Made by a program: the position numbers and the translations under genes
Assembly (NCBI GenBank): GCA_964228555.1
Contig: CAXQZU010000022.1
Span: 15,695 to 79,694 of the forward strand
DNA: 64,000 nt
Direction: 5' to 3'
Source: Planctomycetota bacterium
GTDB lineage: Bacteria; Planctomycetota; PLA2; JAEUHO01
Shown: positions 46,055 through 54,940 of the stretch, one piece after another
Position numbering within the stretch: position 1 is the stretch's first letter
How the letters are laid out: each line of letters starts with the position of its first letter
The notes under the pieces: generated by a model
The model's input: the letters and a program-made list of their open reading frames with translations, nothing else
The model's database searches: none
Told to the model about the DNA's origin: nothing

Positions 46055-49000
46055 CAGCGCTCCGCCCCGAGGCGCTCGAGCTCGGCACGCCGGCGACGGG
46101 CCATCTCCAGACGGCCCGGATCCGTGCCCGCGCGGCTGCCTGCGCGCTCGAGGTAGCGCCCGTAGGCCCGCAGGGCGGCCTCGCGGCTCTCCTCGTGCCC
46201 GCCGCGCCGGAACAGGGCCTCGTTGAGCAAGGCGCGGTAGAGGTGCCGCGGCGGGAACTCGTCGGCCCGGTCCAGTGCGTCCAGCGCCTGGAGGCGCTCG
46301 AAGGCGCGATTGGTCACGCTGCGCCGGTCGTCCTCGGAGAGGCCGCCCGCAGCCAGGCGCTCGTAGGCCGCCACGACGAGGAAGAACGATGCCTTGCGGT
46401 GCTCCGGGTCCAGCGCCAGCGCTCGCTCGGCCATGAGGTAGGCGTCCACGGCCTCGCCCACCTCCAGGTGGCCGGCGGCGCGCGCGGCCGACTCCATCGC
46501 ATCGCGTGCGCGCCGCGCCTCTTCCTCGGGAGAGGCGGCGGTGAGCCCCGCCAGCAGGGCCTGCGCCTGCGCTGCGTGCTCGCCCGCGGGGTCGAGGCGC
46601 ACGCTGGACTGCAGGTCGCCAAGCGCCTGTGCACGCAGGGCGTCCACCCGCTGCTGGGCCTCGGCCTGCGCCTTCACGTAGGCCGCGCGGCGCGCCTGCT
46701 GCTGGTCGCCTGGCAGCGCCGCGAAGGCCCGGGCGTCGGCCTCCCAGGGAGGGGGCGGCAGCCGGACCATGCGCACGCCCACGGCGGCGGGCATGCCGCG
46801 CTGGTAGTAGGCACGCGCCAGCAAGCGGTCCACCTCGAGGCTGGCAGGATCCAGCTCCTTGGCCTTCATCAGCACGCCGATGGCCCGCGCGGCGTCCCGC
46901 TGGCCCTTGGCGTCGGGCGTCTCCAGCCACACCCGCCCCTCCAGCAGCCACGCCGCGGGCAAGGCCGGCTCCACCTCCTTGGCTGCGGCCACCGCGCGCA
47001 ATGCCGCCTCGCGGTCGCCGGCCTCCAGCGCCTGCTCGCCCAGCGCGGCATGGAGCCCAGCCAGCTCGCGCGCGGCCGGCCCCCCGGGCAGGTTCTCCAG
47101 CGTGCGCGCTCGCGCAGCCCACGCCAGCGCACCCTTCATGTCGCCCGCGATGCGGCGCGCACCTGCCGCGTCCATCGCCGTACGGGCGTCCCGCGGGTCC
47201 AGCTCCAGCGCGCCCTGCAGCGCCGCCAGTGCCTCCTCGACCAGCACGCGCTCGCGCAGCACCAGGTACTGGTTGAGGTACACGGCCGCCTGGCCGCGCA
47301 GCACCGAGGGCTGCCCGGGGAAGCGCTCGCGCAGCGTGTTGAGGCGCCGCAGGGCCTCCACCCAGCGCTGGGCGCGCATCTCGGCCTCGGCCGCGACGAG
47401 GCCTGCCTCCAGCACGCCGGGGTGCGCGTCGGCCAGCGCCACCACGCGCGCCGAGGCAGCAGCCAGCGCGGCGTCCGCCTCCTGCGCAGCACGCGTGTCG
47501 TCCAGCACCTTGCCGGCGGCCTCCCACGCGGCGTGAGCCGCCTCGTCCGCGCCCGCTGCCAGCGGCACGGCCCGCAGGGCCGTGGCCTCGGCCACGCGCT
47601 CGGGGCCGGGACGCCAGCCGGCCGCGATGGCCTGCCGCGCTGCGCACGCACGCACCTGCACCTGCGCCTCGCGCAGCGCCGGCAACGGGTCGTCGGGGCG
47701 CCGGCGCGCCACGAAGGCATAGTCGCGCGCCGCCCCCTCCATGTCGGCGGCGCGCTCGCGCGCGCTGCCACGCAGCATCAGGGCGGCGTCCAGCACCTCG
47801 GGCGCGCCCTGCTCCTGCGGTCGTGCGGCCACCACGGCGGCCAGTTCCTCCTCGGCCCCGGGGTCATCCCCCACCACCACGCGAGCCGCCGCCAGCAGCA
47901 CGCCCACCGCCGGCGCGCGAGAGGGGCCGGGTGCGTCGAGGCGCCGGGCGACCTCGGCGAGCAAGGCGCGCTCCGTGTCCAGCGAGGCCATGCCCAGGTC
48001 CAGCCGCGACGCGCCCCCCGCCACGGCCTCGGCCACGAGCCGCGCAGCGCCCTCGCGCAACGCGCCGTCGCCGTCGCGGCGTGCCAGCCACGCGGCCTCG
48101 AGCAGCGCCGAGCGCGCCACCAGCGATCGCACCCACGCGGCCCCGGCGTCGCGCTCCAGCGCGCGCTGGTAGCGCGTGCGTGCCTCCAGCCACTTGCCCT
48201 GCTCGAAGAGCACGTCGCCGGCCAGCAGCCAGCCCTCCGCGTGCTCGGCGCCCGCCTGCACCGACTGCTCGGCGCGCTCCAGCGCCCGGCCCAGCAGCTC
48301 GCGGCTGCGCGTGCGGTCACGGCGTGCCTGCTCCAGCAGGCGCTGGCCGTCCTCGCGATAGAGGTCGGCGACGAGGCGGGCCGCCCGGGGGAAGCCCGGG
48401 TGCTCGCGCCGCAGCCGCTCCAGCTCGCGCAACGCAGCCTCGGCCGGGCCTGCCACGAGGAAGTGCTGCGCACGCGCCAGCAGCAGTTCCGGGGCAGCGC
48501 CATGGCGCGACTCGAGGTCCCGGTAGAGGCCCACCGCCTCCTGCGTGCGGCCGGCCATGGCAAGCAGCTTGGCTTCCTGCAGCCCCGCATCCAGCCACGC
48601 CGGCTGCAGGCGCCTCGCCCCCTGCACGCACTGCAGGGCCTCCTCCACGCCCTTGCCCTCCGACTGGGCCGCCTGGCGCGCCAGCAACGTCCCGAGGTTG
48701 TAGAGCGCGGAGGCGTTCTGCGCGTCGAGGTTGGCCGCGCGACGGTAGGCCTCCAGTGCACCGGCCGGCTGCTCGCGGCCCTCCAGCGCCTGGCCGCGGA
48801 ACACCTCGGCCTGCGACTCCAGCCGCCGGGCGTCGTCGCGCGCGAGGCCGCTGCCCGCCGCCTCGCGCGCGGCACTGCCTGCGGCACCGGCGGCCTCCAG
48901 CAGGTCGTCGAGCCGGCCCTGCGTGAGGTGCGCGCCGCAGGCCACCAGGTGAGCCTGGACCCGTACGCGCGCCGAGGACACCCGCGGGCGGCGCTGCGAC

Positions 49001-50355
49001 CACGCCAGCGCCTCGCTGGCGCTGGCCAGCGCCAAGGCCTGCTCCTTGCGCTCCGCGGCGGCCTGCGCACGCTGCACCCAGGCCAGCGCACTGCCCGGCT
49101 GCTTCTCGAGCGTGTCAGCCCACACGGCCTCCGAGGAGGCGAACACCCCGGTACGCAGCAGGCCGCCCACGGCCAGCACGCCCACCACGGCCGCCAGCGC
49201 CGGCCCCCGCGCACGCCCCAGCCGGCCGAGCAGCCACGCCAGCGCCAGGTAGGCGCCCACCGCGCCCACCAGCAGGTAGCGCTCCGCCATCAGCGTGGTC
49301 GTGCGCGGCCAGAGGTTGTTGACGGGCGCAAGCCCCAGTCCCCAGAAGCCCAGCGCGAGCACGGCCAGCGCCCAGCCACGCCTGAGGGCCACGAGGAAGG
49401 CGGCCGCCAGCACCACCGCGAGGCCCGCGCCCAGCCACGCGCTGGCCGCCTGCCAGGTGCCGGCGGGGTCGATGTCGTGGTCCAGCGCCAGGTGCACGGG
49501 CGCGAGCAACGTGGCCACGTAGCGGGCGTGCACGCCGGCCATCGCCGCAGCCAGCGAGGCGGACGACACGCCGTGGTCCACCGCCCCCGGACCCGCCTGC
49601 GCTCCGATGAGGGCGTCCATGGCGATGCCGCCGCAGGCCACCAGCAGGCTGGGCAGCAGGCGCGCCAGCGCCCCCCGGGGCCCGCCACGGCGGCGCTCCA
49701 CCCACTCGTCGAGCACGAGCAGCCCCGCCCAGGTCCAGGTGGTGCCCTTGCACAGGCCCGCCAGCGCCAGCAGCAGGGGCGCCAGCAACGGCACGGCATC
49801 GCGCGAGCGCGCGCGCCGGTAGGCAAGGTGCGCCAGCACGGCCAGCAGCAACGAGAGGACATCCTTGCGTCCGCTGAGCCACGCGACGCTCTCGACATGG
49901 ACGGGATGCACGGCCAGCAGCAGGCCTGCGCCCAGCGCGAGCCACGCCGAGCGCGTGAGCGCCAGCAGCAGCCACGCCAGCAGCCCGCAGGCCGCCGCGA
50001 ACAGCAGCACGTTGACCACGTGCCCGAGGCCGGCCCCGTCCTCGTCCAGCAGCAGGTCCAGCTTGAGGCTCAGGAAGTAGACGGGCTTGTAGGCGTAGTA
50101 GGTGGTCGACGACAGGATCTGCGCCACGCTGCGCTCACGCGCCAGCGACACGACCTGCGGGTCGTCGTAGTTGAGCAGCGCATGCGAGGCCACCGAAGGC
50201 TGCAGGCCAGGCACGTAGCCCAGGTGCACCACCAGCGCGACCAACGCCACGGCCACGCAACCACGCAGCGCGCCCAGCGACTCCACCCAGCCGCCCGCAA
50301 GCCCGGGGGCGGGCGGCGCAGGGCGTTGCTCGGCGGCGGGACCAGGCGTGCTCAT
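46054..50355 (-). CDS. TMTC/PMT-like GT-C glycosyltransferase-fold polytopic membrane protein with a long C-terminal TPR array
   Basis: N-terminal multi-TM domain with the HPxHVESVAW(L/I)SxRKDVL signature (AVHPVHVESVAWLSGRKDVLSLLLAVLAHL). About 1000 aa of TPR repeats follow. ATG at 50355 overlaps the asnB-like stop. Confidence 0.8.
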   Translation of the reverse strand: MSTPGPAAEQRPAPPAPGLAGGWVESLGALRGCVAVALVALVVHLGYVPGLQPSVASHALLNYDDPQVVSLARERSVAQILSSTTYYAYKPVYFLSLKLDLLLDEDGAGLGHVVNVLLFAAACGLLAWLLLALTRSAWLALGAGLLLAVHPVHVESVAWLSGRKDVLSLLLAVLAHLAYRRARSRDAVPLLAPLLLALAGLCKGTTWTWAGLLVLDEWVERRRGGPRGALARLLPSLLVACGGIAMDALIGAQAGPGAVDHGVSSASLAAAMAGVHARYVATLLAPVHLALDHDIDPAGTWQAASAWLGAGLAVVLAAAFLVALRRGWALAVLALGFWGLGLAPVNNLWPRTTTLMAERYLLVGAVGAYLALAWLLGRLGRARGPALAAVVGVLAVGGLLRTGVFASSEAVWADTLEKQPGSALAWVQRAQAAAERKEQALALASASEALAWSQRRPRVSSARVRVQAHLVACGAHLTQGRLDDLLEAAGAAGSAAREAAGSGLARDDARRLESQAEVFRGQALEGREQPAGALEAYRRAANLDAQNASALYNLGTLLARQAAQSEGKGVEEALQCVQGARRLQPAWLDAGLQEAKLLAMAGRTQEAVGLYRDLESRHGAAPELLLARAQHFLVAGPAEAALRELERLRREHPGFPRAARLVADLYREDGQRLLEQARRDRTRSRELLGRALERAEQSVQAGAEHAEGWLLAGDVLFEQGKWLEARTRYQRALERDAGAAWVRSLVARSALLEAAWLARRDGDGALREGAARLVAEAVAGGASRLDLGMASLDTERALLAEVARRLDAPGPSRAPAVGVLLAAARVVVGDDPGAEEELAAVVAARPQEQGAPEVLDAALMLRGSARERAADMEGAARDYAFVARRRPDDPLPALREAQVQVRACAARQAIAAGWRPGPERVAEATALRAVPLAAGADEAAHAAWEAAGKVLDDTRAAQEADAALAAASARVVALADAHPGVLEAGLVAAEAEMRAQRWVEALRRLNTLRERFPGQPSVLRGQAAVYLNQYLVLRERVLVEEALAALQGALELDPRDARTAMDAAGARRIAGDMKGALAWAARARTLENLPGGPAARELAGLHAALGEQALEAGDREAALRAVAAAKEVEPALPAAWLLEGRVWLETPDAKGQRDAARAIGVLMKAKELDPASLEVDRLLARAYYQRGMPAAVGVRMVRLPPPPWEADARAFAALPGDQQQARRAAYVKAQAEAQQRVDALRAQALGDLQSSVRLDPAGEHAAQAQALLAGLTAASPEEEARRARDAMESAARAAGHLEVGEAVDAYLMAERALALDPEHRKASFFLVVAAYERLAAGGLSEDDRRSVTNRAFERLQALDALDRADEFPPRHLYRALLNEALFRRGGHEESREAALRAYGRYLERAGSRAGTDPGRLEMARRRRAELERLGAER

Positions 50356-52238
50356 GCGTCGCTCCGGGGCAGGGCCGCGCCCCTCGGGGGCAGCGCGTGC
50401 GCGTCGCCATCGAGGTAGAGCCGGGCCCACGTCTCGAGCACGACGCACGCGAACAGCCCACGATCATGGACCGGGCGCTGCTCGTCCAGCCGTGCCCGGC
50501 AGGCCGCCACGTCCCACCAGCCGCGCGCGGCGAAGCGCTCGTCGCCGAACAGCTGCTCCAGCCGTTCACGCCCCACGCCGCGCGCAGCCCGCTCGAAGGG
50601 CGTCGGGAAGCCTCGCTTGGCGCGGGCCGTGCGCACGCCTTCCGGGATGCGGCCGCGCAGGAGGGTGCGCAAGGCGCGCTTGCCCTCGCCATCGGGGCCC
50701 ACCACCTCCTCCTCCGGCAGCGCCAGCGCAGCGCCGGGCAGGCGGCCGAGGCAGAAGACGGGCCTCGCCTCCAGCCCGTGGGCTCCGGCCAGGCGGTCCT
50801 CCACCTGCAGCAGGGCCGCGAGCGTGCCCTCCACCTCCGCGCGCAGGGCCAGCGCCAGGCCCTGCTCGCCGGCAGGGCCCGCGCAAGCCAGCTCGGGCTC
50901 ACCCAGCGCTGCGCGGAAGGCCGGCGCAAGCAGGGGTGCCACGTCGCCGCTCCGGTCGTGCAGGGCCTGCACGCGCGCCGCGACGGTGGGCAGGCCCGCA
51001 ACGCGTGCCCCGAGGGCCTCGTAGCCCGCGGTCCAAGGCCCCGCACGGCCCAGGGCCAGCGCCACGCGTGCGTAGCCCCCCAGGAACTCGTCCCCGCCCG
51101 TGCCGGTGAGCAGCACGCGTCCACGCCCGCGCACGCGCGCCATCAAGCGCCACAGCGCGAGCGAGCCGGGACCGCCCAGCGGCAGCTCCAGCGCGCGCAC
51201 CACGGCCGGGAGGTCCTCCAGCAGGCCTGCGTCGTCGAGGTCCGCCACCTCGTGGCGCACGCCCGCCTGCGCCGCCACCTCCGCGGCCTCGCGCGACTCA
51301 TCCAGCGCGCCGCCCCACGGTGCGAAACGGCCCGTGAGGGCGTGCAGGTCGCTGCGGCCCGCGGCAGCCGCCACGGCCGCGCTGTCCAGGCCGCCCGAGA
51401 GCAGCAGCGTGACGCGCCCCGGGGCCTGCACGGCCTCGCGCGCAGTGGAGGCCAGCGCCGCAGCCAGCTCGCGCCTCGCGCGCGCAGCCTCGTGGCCCGG
51501 CAGGCGCACCACGAGCAGCGGGTCGGGCCCAGCCGGCACGGGCGCCTGCGGGCCCAGCGGGCCCAGTTCCTGGAGGTGGCGCGCGGGCACGCTGCGCACG
51601 CCTTGCCAGGGCAGGCGAGGGCCGGGCCGGTGCAGGTGCACGAGCGAGGCGAGGCCGCGCAGGTCGAGGCGGGCGGGCGCCACGCGCAACAGGGGCTCCA
51701 GCTCGGAGGCCCACCACGTGCCCAGGCCCTCGGGGTCCTCGCGCGTGTAGAGCGGCTTGATGCCGAAGCGATCGCGCAGCAGCCACGCCTTGCCCGCCGC
51801 GAGGTCGGCCACGCACAGCGCCCCCATGCCGCCCAGGACGGCCTCGCAGAGCGCACGGCCGCAGGGGCCCTCCCAGCCCTCGCCCCCCTCCAGCGCGGCC
51901 GAGGCCGCGCACAGCAGCAACGCCGTGTCGCCTTCCGCGGACGGGGGCGGCTCGACGCCGCGCCCGGACAGGGCGTCTCGCAGGGCCCGCCGCGCCGAGG
52001 CCAGCACCTCGCCATTCCAGGCCAGCGCCAGCCGGCCCGAGGGGGACACCCGCGGCTGCTGGGCCTCCAGAGGGCCCTGGATGGCAAGGCGCACGGCCGC
52101 GAGCACGACACGCGGCCCCTGCACCACGCCGCTGCCGTCCGGGCCGCGGTGCGCCAGCCGGGCAAGCAGGTCGGCGATGCGCGCGCTGCCAGCCGGCGGC
52201 CCGCCCGCGCGGGCGACAAACCCGACGAAGCCGCACAC
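50352..52238 (-). CDS. asparagine synthetase (glutamine-hydrolysing) family amidotransferase
   Basis: N-terminal Cys nucleophile (MCGFVGFV), Ntn glutaminase domain, and PP-loop SGGLDSAAVAA in the synthetase domain. Confidence 0.85.
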   Translation of the reverse strand: MCGFVGFVARAGGPPAGSARIADLLARLAHRGPDGSGVVQGPRVVLAAVRLAIQGPLEAQQPRVSPSGRLALAWNGEVLASARRALRDALSGRGVEPPPSAEGDTALLLCAASAALEGGEGWEGPCGRALCEAVLGGMGALCVADLAAGKAWLLRDRFGIKPLYTREDPEGLGTWWASELEPLLRVAPARLDLRGLASLVHLHRPGPRLPWQGVRSVPARHLQELGPLGPQAPVPAGPDPLLVVRLPGHEAARARRELAAALASTAREAVQAPGRVTLLLSGGLDSAAVAAAAGRSDLHALTGRFAPWGGALDESREAAEVAAQAGVRHEVADLDDAGLLEDLPAVVRALELPLGGPGSLALWRLMARVRGRGRVLLTGTGGDEFLGGYARVALALGRAGPWTAGYEALGARVAGLPTVAARVQALHDRSGDVAPLLAPAFRAALGEPELACAGPAGEQGLALALRAEVEGTLAALLQVEDRLAGAHGLEARPVFCLGRLPGAALALPEEEVVGPDGEGKRALRTLLRGRIPEGVRTARAKRGFPTPFERAARGVGRERLEQLFGDERFAARGWWDVAACRARLDEQRPVHDRGLFACVVLETWARLYLDGDAHALPPRGAALPRSDA

Positions 52239-52240
52239 GG

Positions 52241-52954
52241 CTAGGCCCTCGCCGCGACCGCAGGCTCGAGCACCGCGGTGTAGCCCAGCGCCACCGGATC
52301 GAAGGCGAGCGAGCGCACCACCCCGTGCGCTGCCAGCACGGCCCGCAAGCGTGCCGCGTCGAAGCGCTGCACGTGGCCCGGCGCCGGCTCCAGCGAGAGT
52401 CCCCGCACCAGCCGGCCCAGCCCGGTCAGGCGCAACAGCTTCTTGGCACGCAGTATGGGCCCGTCGGCGGGCACGTACACCACGACACAGCCGCCCGGGG
52501 CCAGCAGGGGCAGCAGCCCGGCCAGGGCCGCGCCCGGATCCTCCAGGTGCTCCAGCAGCGCGCTGAGCACGATCACGTCGGCGCCCTCGGGGCCCAGGTG
52601 CGCACGCAGGCCCTGCGGCGCCAGCGCGTCGCCCGGCGCGAGGACCACGCCGGGTCGACCCACGAGGGGGCTCTGCGCGAGCATCGCGGGATCGAGGTCC
52701 GAGAGCACCAGCCGCTCGACGCCCTCCGCGTAGGCCTCGGCGATCCAGCCATCCTCGCAGCCGAGGTCCAGCACGGTGCGCGGCCGGCGCGCGCGCACCT
52801 GCCGGGCGACCAGCTCACGCCGCCGCCGCTCGATGGCACGCACGATCCACCCCCCGCGCGCCCGCATCTCGGCCATCGAGTGCGTCTGGTTGAGGGCCTG
52901 GTTGCGCGCGACGCGCTCGGCCGGCAACGGCAGGGACGGGGCAGGCAGGGGCAT
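52241..52954 (-). CDS. class I SAM-dependent methyltransferase
   Basis: Motif I (VLDLGCEDGW) and downstream motifs (VIVLSALLEHLEDP). ATG verified at 52954. Confidence 0.78.
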   Translation of the reverse strand: MPLPAPSLPLPAERVARNQALNQTHSMAEMRARGGWIVRAIERRRRELVARQVRARRPRTVLDLGCEDGWIAEAYAEGVERLVLSDLDPAMLAQSPLVGRPGVVLAPGDALAPQGLRAHLGPEGADVIVLSALLEHLEDPGAALAGLLPLLAPGGCVVVYVPADGPILRAKKLLRLTGLGRLVRGLSLEPAPGHVQRFDAARLRAVLAAHGVVRSLAFDPVALGYTAVLEPAVAARA

Positions 52955-52991
52955 CGTGCCCCCAGCCTCGCGCCCCCCGTTCACGGCGCCG

Positions 52992-53750
52992 TCACCCGCG
53001 CGGGGAGGGCCTTGCACCCCCCTCGGCGAGGCCCTGCCGGGGTGGTCGCAGGCGCAGCACCAGGAGCCGGCCCAGCGCGGCGGCGTGCCCCAGCAGGGCT
53101 CGGCCCACGCGCATCTTGCTGCGGCCCTCGGTGCGCGGCCGCAGCGCGGCGGGCACTTCTTCCACGCGCAGGCCGGCCAGCAGGGCACGCCCCAGCATCT
53201 CGGCGGCAGCCGGGAAGCCGCGCGCAGCAGGCAGGCAGCAGGACCGCGCCCGCGGCCCGTAGGCCCGGAAGGCGCAGGTGAAGGTGCGCACCCCGCGGGC
53301 GCGGCGACCCAGCACGGTGCGGTAGCAGGCAGCCGCCGCGCGCGTCAGTGCCCGGCGCCAGGCCGGCACGCCCTCCATGCTCCCTGCGGCGGCCAGCGGC
53401 GAGGCCGTGGCCACGTCCGCGCCGGCGCACACGGCCTCCACCAGCCGCTGGACGTGCTCGGGCGCGTAGCCGCGGTCGGCGTCATAGACGACGACCACCT
53501 CGCAGCGTGCGGCCTGCAGGCCAGAGCGCATCGCGGCCCCCACGCCCCGGTTGCGTGGGTGGGTGACGATGCGCACGCGCGCATCCGCCCGTGCCAGCGC
53601 GTCCAGCAGGCGCGCCGTGCCGTCGGTGGAACCGTCGTCCACGCCCACGATCTCGCGTGCCGGCAACGCGGCCAGCACCGGCTGCAGGCCCGGGAGCGCC
53701 TCTTCCTCCTGGTAGCAGGGCACCACCAGCGTGTAGTCGTGCGCGGCCAC
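52992..53750 (-). CDS. GT2-family polyprenyl-phosphate sugar synthase-like glycosyltransferase (DPM1/ArnC-like)
   Basis: YTLVVPCYQEE ... GVDDGSTDGT ... VVVYDADRGYAPE (DxD context) typical of GT-A family 2. GTG start; coordinates follow the ORF track. Confidence 0.85.
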   Translation of the reverse strand: MAAHDYTLVVPCYQEEEALPGLQPVLAALPAREIVGVDDGSTDGTARLLDALARADARVRIVTHPRNRGVGAAMRSGLQAARCEVVVVYDADRGYAPEHVQRLVEAVCAGADVATASPLAAAGSMEGVPAWRRALTRAAAACYRTVLGRRARGVRTFTCAFRAYGPRARSCCLPAARGFPAAAEMLGRALLAGLRVEEVPAALRPRTEGRSKMRVGRALLGHAAALGRLLVLRLRPPRQGLAEGGARPSPRG

Positions 53751-53799
53751 CCGCGCACCCTACACCGGGCGCGGCCGCCTCCGCGGCAGCCTGCGCGTG

Positions 53800-54675
53800 C
53801 TAGCGCATGCCCAGCGCCACCTGCACGGCCTGCAGGTCGTCCCACACGGGGCGCTTGGCCTCGGGATTGCGCAGCAGGTAGGCCGGGTGGAAGGTCGGCA
53901 TCACGCGCCAGCCCTCCGGCGTGCGCATCCAGCTGCCCCGCAGGCTGGTGATGCCCCGCTCCGTGCCCAGCAAGGCGCGCGTGGCGTGATTGCCCAGCGC
54001 GAGGATGGGCGGCGGCCCCAGCAAGGCCAGCTGCTCCTTCATCCAGGGCGTGCAGGCTGCCACCTCCTGGGGCATGGGCGGACGGTTGGCTGGCGGGCGG
54101 CACTTGAGGACGTTGAGGATGAACACGTCGTGGTCGCGCGAGAGCCCGATGGCGGACAGCATGCGCGTGAGCAGCTGGCCGGCCGGCCCCACGAAAGGCA
54201 CCCCCTGTGCGTCCTCTTCCTCCCCCGGCGCCTCGCCCACGACCACCAGGCGGGGGGTGCGGCTGCCCGCCCCGAACACGGCCTGGGTCCGCGAGGCGCA
54301 CAGGCCGCAGCGCTGGCACCCGGCCACCTCGGCCTCCAGCGGACCCCAACGGGCAGGGTCCGGCGGACCGGCGGGGACGGCCCCGGGCGACACGACGACG
54401 GGCCCGGGGAGGCCGCTCTCCGGACGCCGCCCCGTGGCAGGCAGCGCGGGCCCTAAGCCACGCGGGCCCGTTCGCGGGCCGCTGCCGCCCCCTTGCCCCG
54501 GCCCACGGGCCTGCTGCGTGGCACGGCCCTGTCCCATGGCGCCGTGGGCCCCCGGCGGCACGGCCACCGTCGGCTGCGGCTCCTCGGCCGGCAAGTAGCG
54601 GGCTCCGGCGCCCCGTACCCACTCGACGTAGAAGAGGGCCTCGTCGAGCAGCGGATCAGGTGCGCCCGGCATCAC
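53800..54675 (-). CDS. family-4 (Fe-S, UdgA-type) uracil-DNA glycosylase with a Gly/Pro-rich N-terminal extension
   Basis: GCQRCGLC ... GEAPGEEEDAQGVPFVGPAG ... ILNVLKCRPPANR ... HPAYLLRN motifs. The true start may lie downstream of 54675. Confidence 0.8.
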   Translation of the reverse strand: MMPGAPDPLLDEALFYVEWVRGAGARYLPAEEPQPTVAVPPGAHGAMGQGRATQQARGPGQGGGSGPRTGPRGLGPALPATGRRPESGLPGPVVVSPGAVPAGPPDPARWGPLEAEVAGCQRCGLCASRTQAVFGAGSRTPRLVVVGEAPGEEEDAQGVPFVGPAGQLLTRMLSAIGLSRDHDVFILNVLKCRPPANRPPMPQEVAACTPWMKEQLALLGPPPILALGNHATRALLGTERGITSLRGSWMRTPEGWRVMPTFHPAYLLRNPEAKRPVWDDLQAVQVALGMR

Positions 54676-54733
54676 GGTGGCAGGCTAGCCCGGGCAACCG
54701 ACGGACCCTGGACAGGGCGGGCCGCCGCCTCGC

Positions 54734-54754
54734 ATGCGAACAAGATGCGAACAA
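54734..54754. promoter_or_regulatory. tandem ATGCGAACAA direct repeat containing GAAC-N7-GAAC (reverse complement GTTCGCATCTTGTTCGC); LexA-box-like, in the udg/secretin divergent region
   Basis: GCATGCGAACAAGATGCGAACAAATGG at 54732-54758, in a locally AT-richer intergenic stretch. Shares GTTCGCA-N4-GTTCG with the site at 18292-18306. About 60 nt upstream of the udg start on the minus strand. Confidence 0.5.
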
Positions 54755-54940
54755 ATGGCTGCGGGCCAGCAGCAAAAAGCCGGGATCGGGTGACGCGAGC
54801 GTGACACGCAGGCCGGACTCTTCCCTCGTCCAGGGTCCATGGGCAGGCCTGCATCGCGGCGCGCGCGCGCCGTCCCGACGCACGAGGGTTCGTCGGGGGC
54901 ATGCAGGCGTGCTCGTGTTCCCGCATGGAGCACACCGCGG

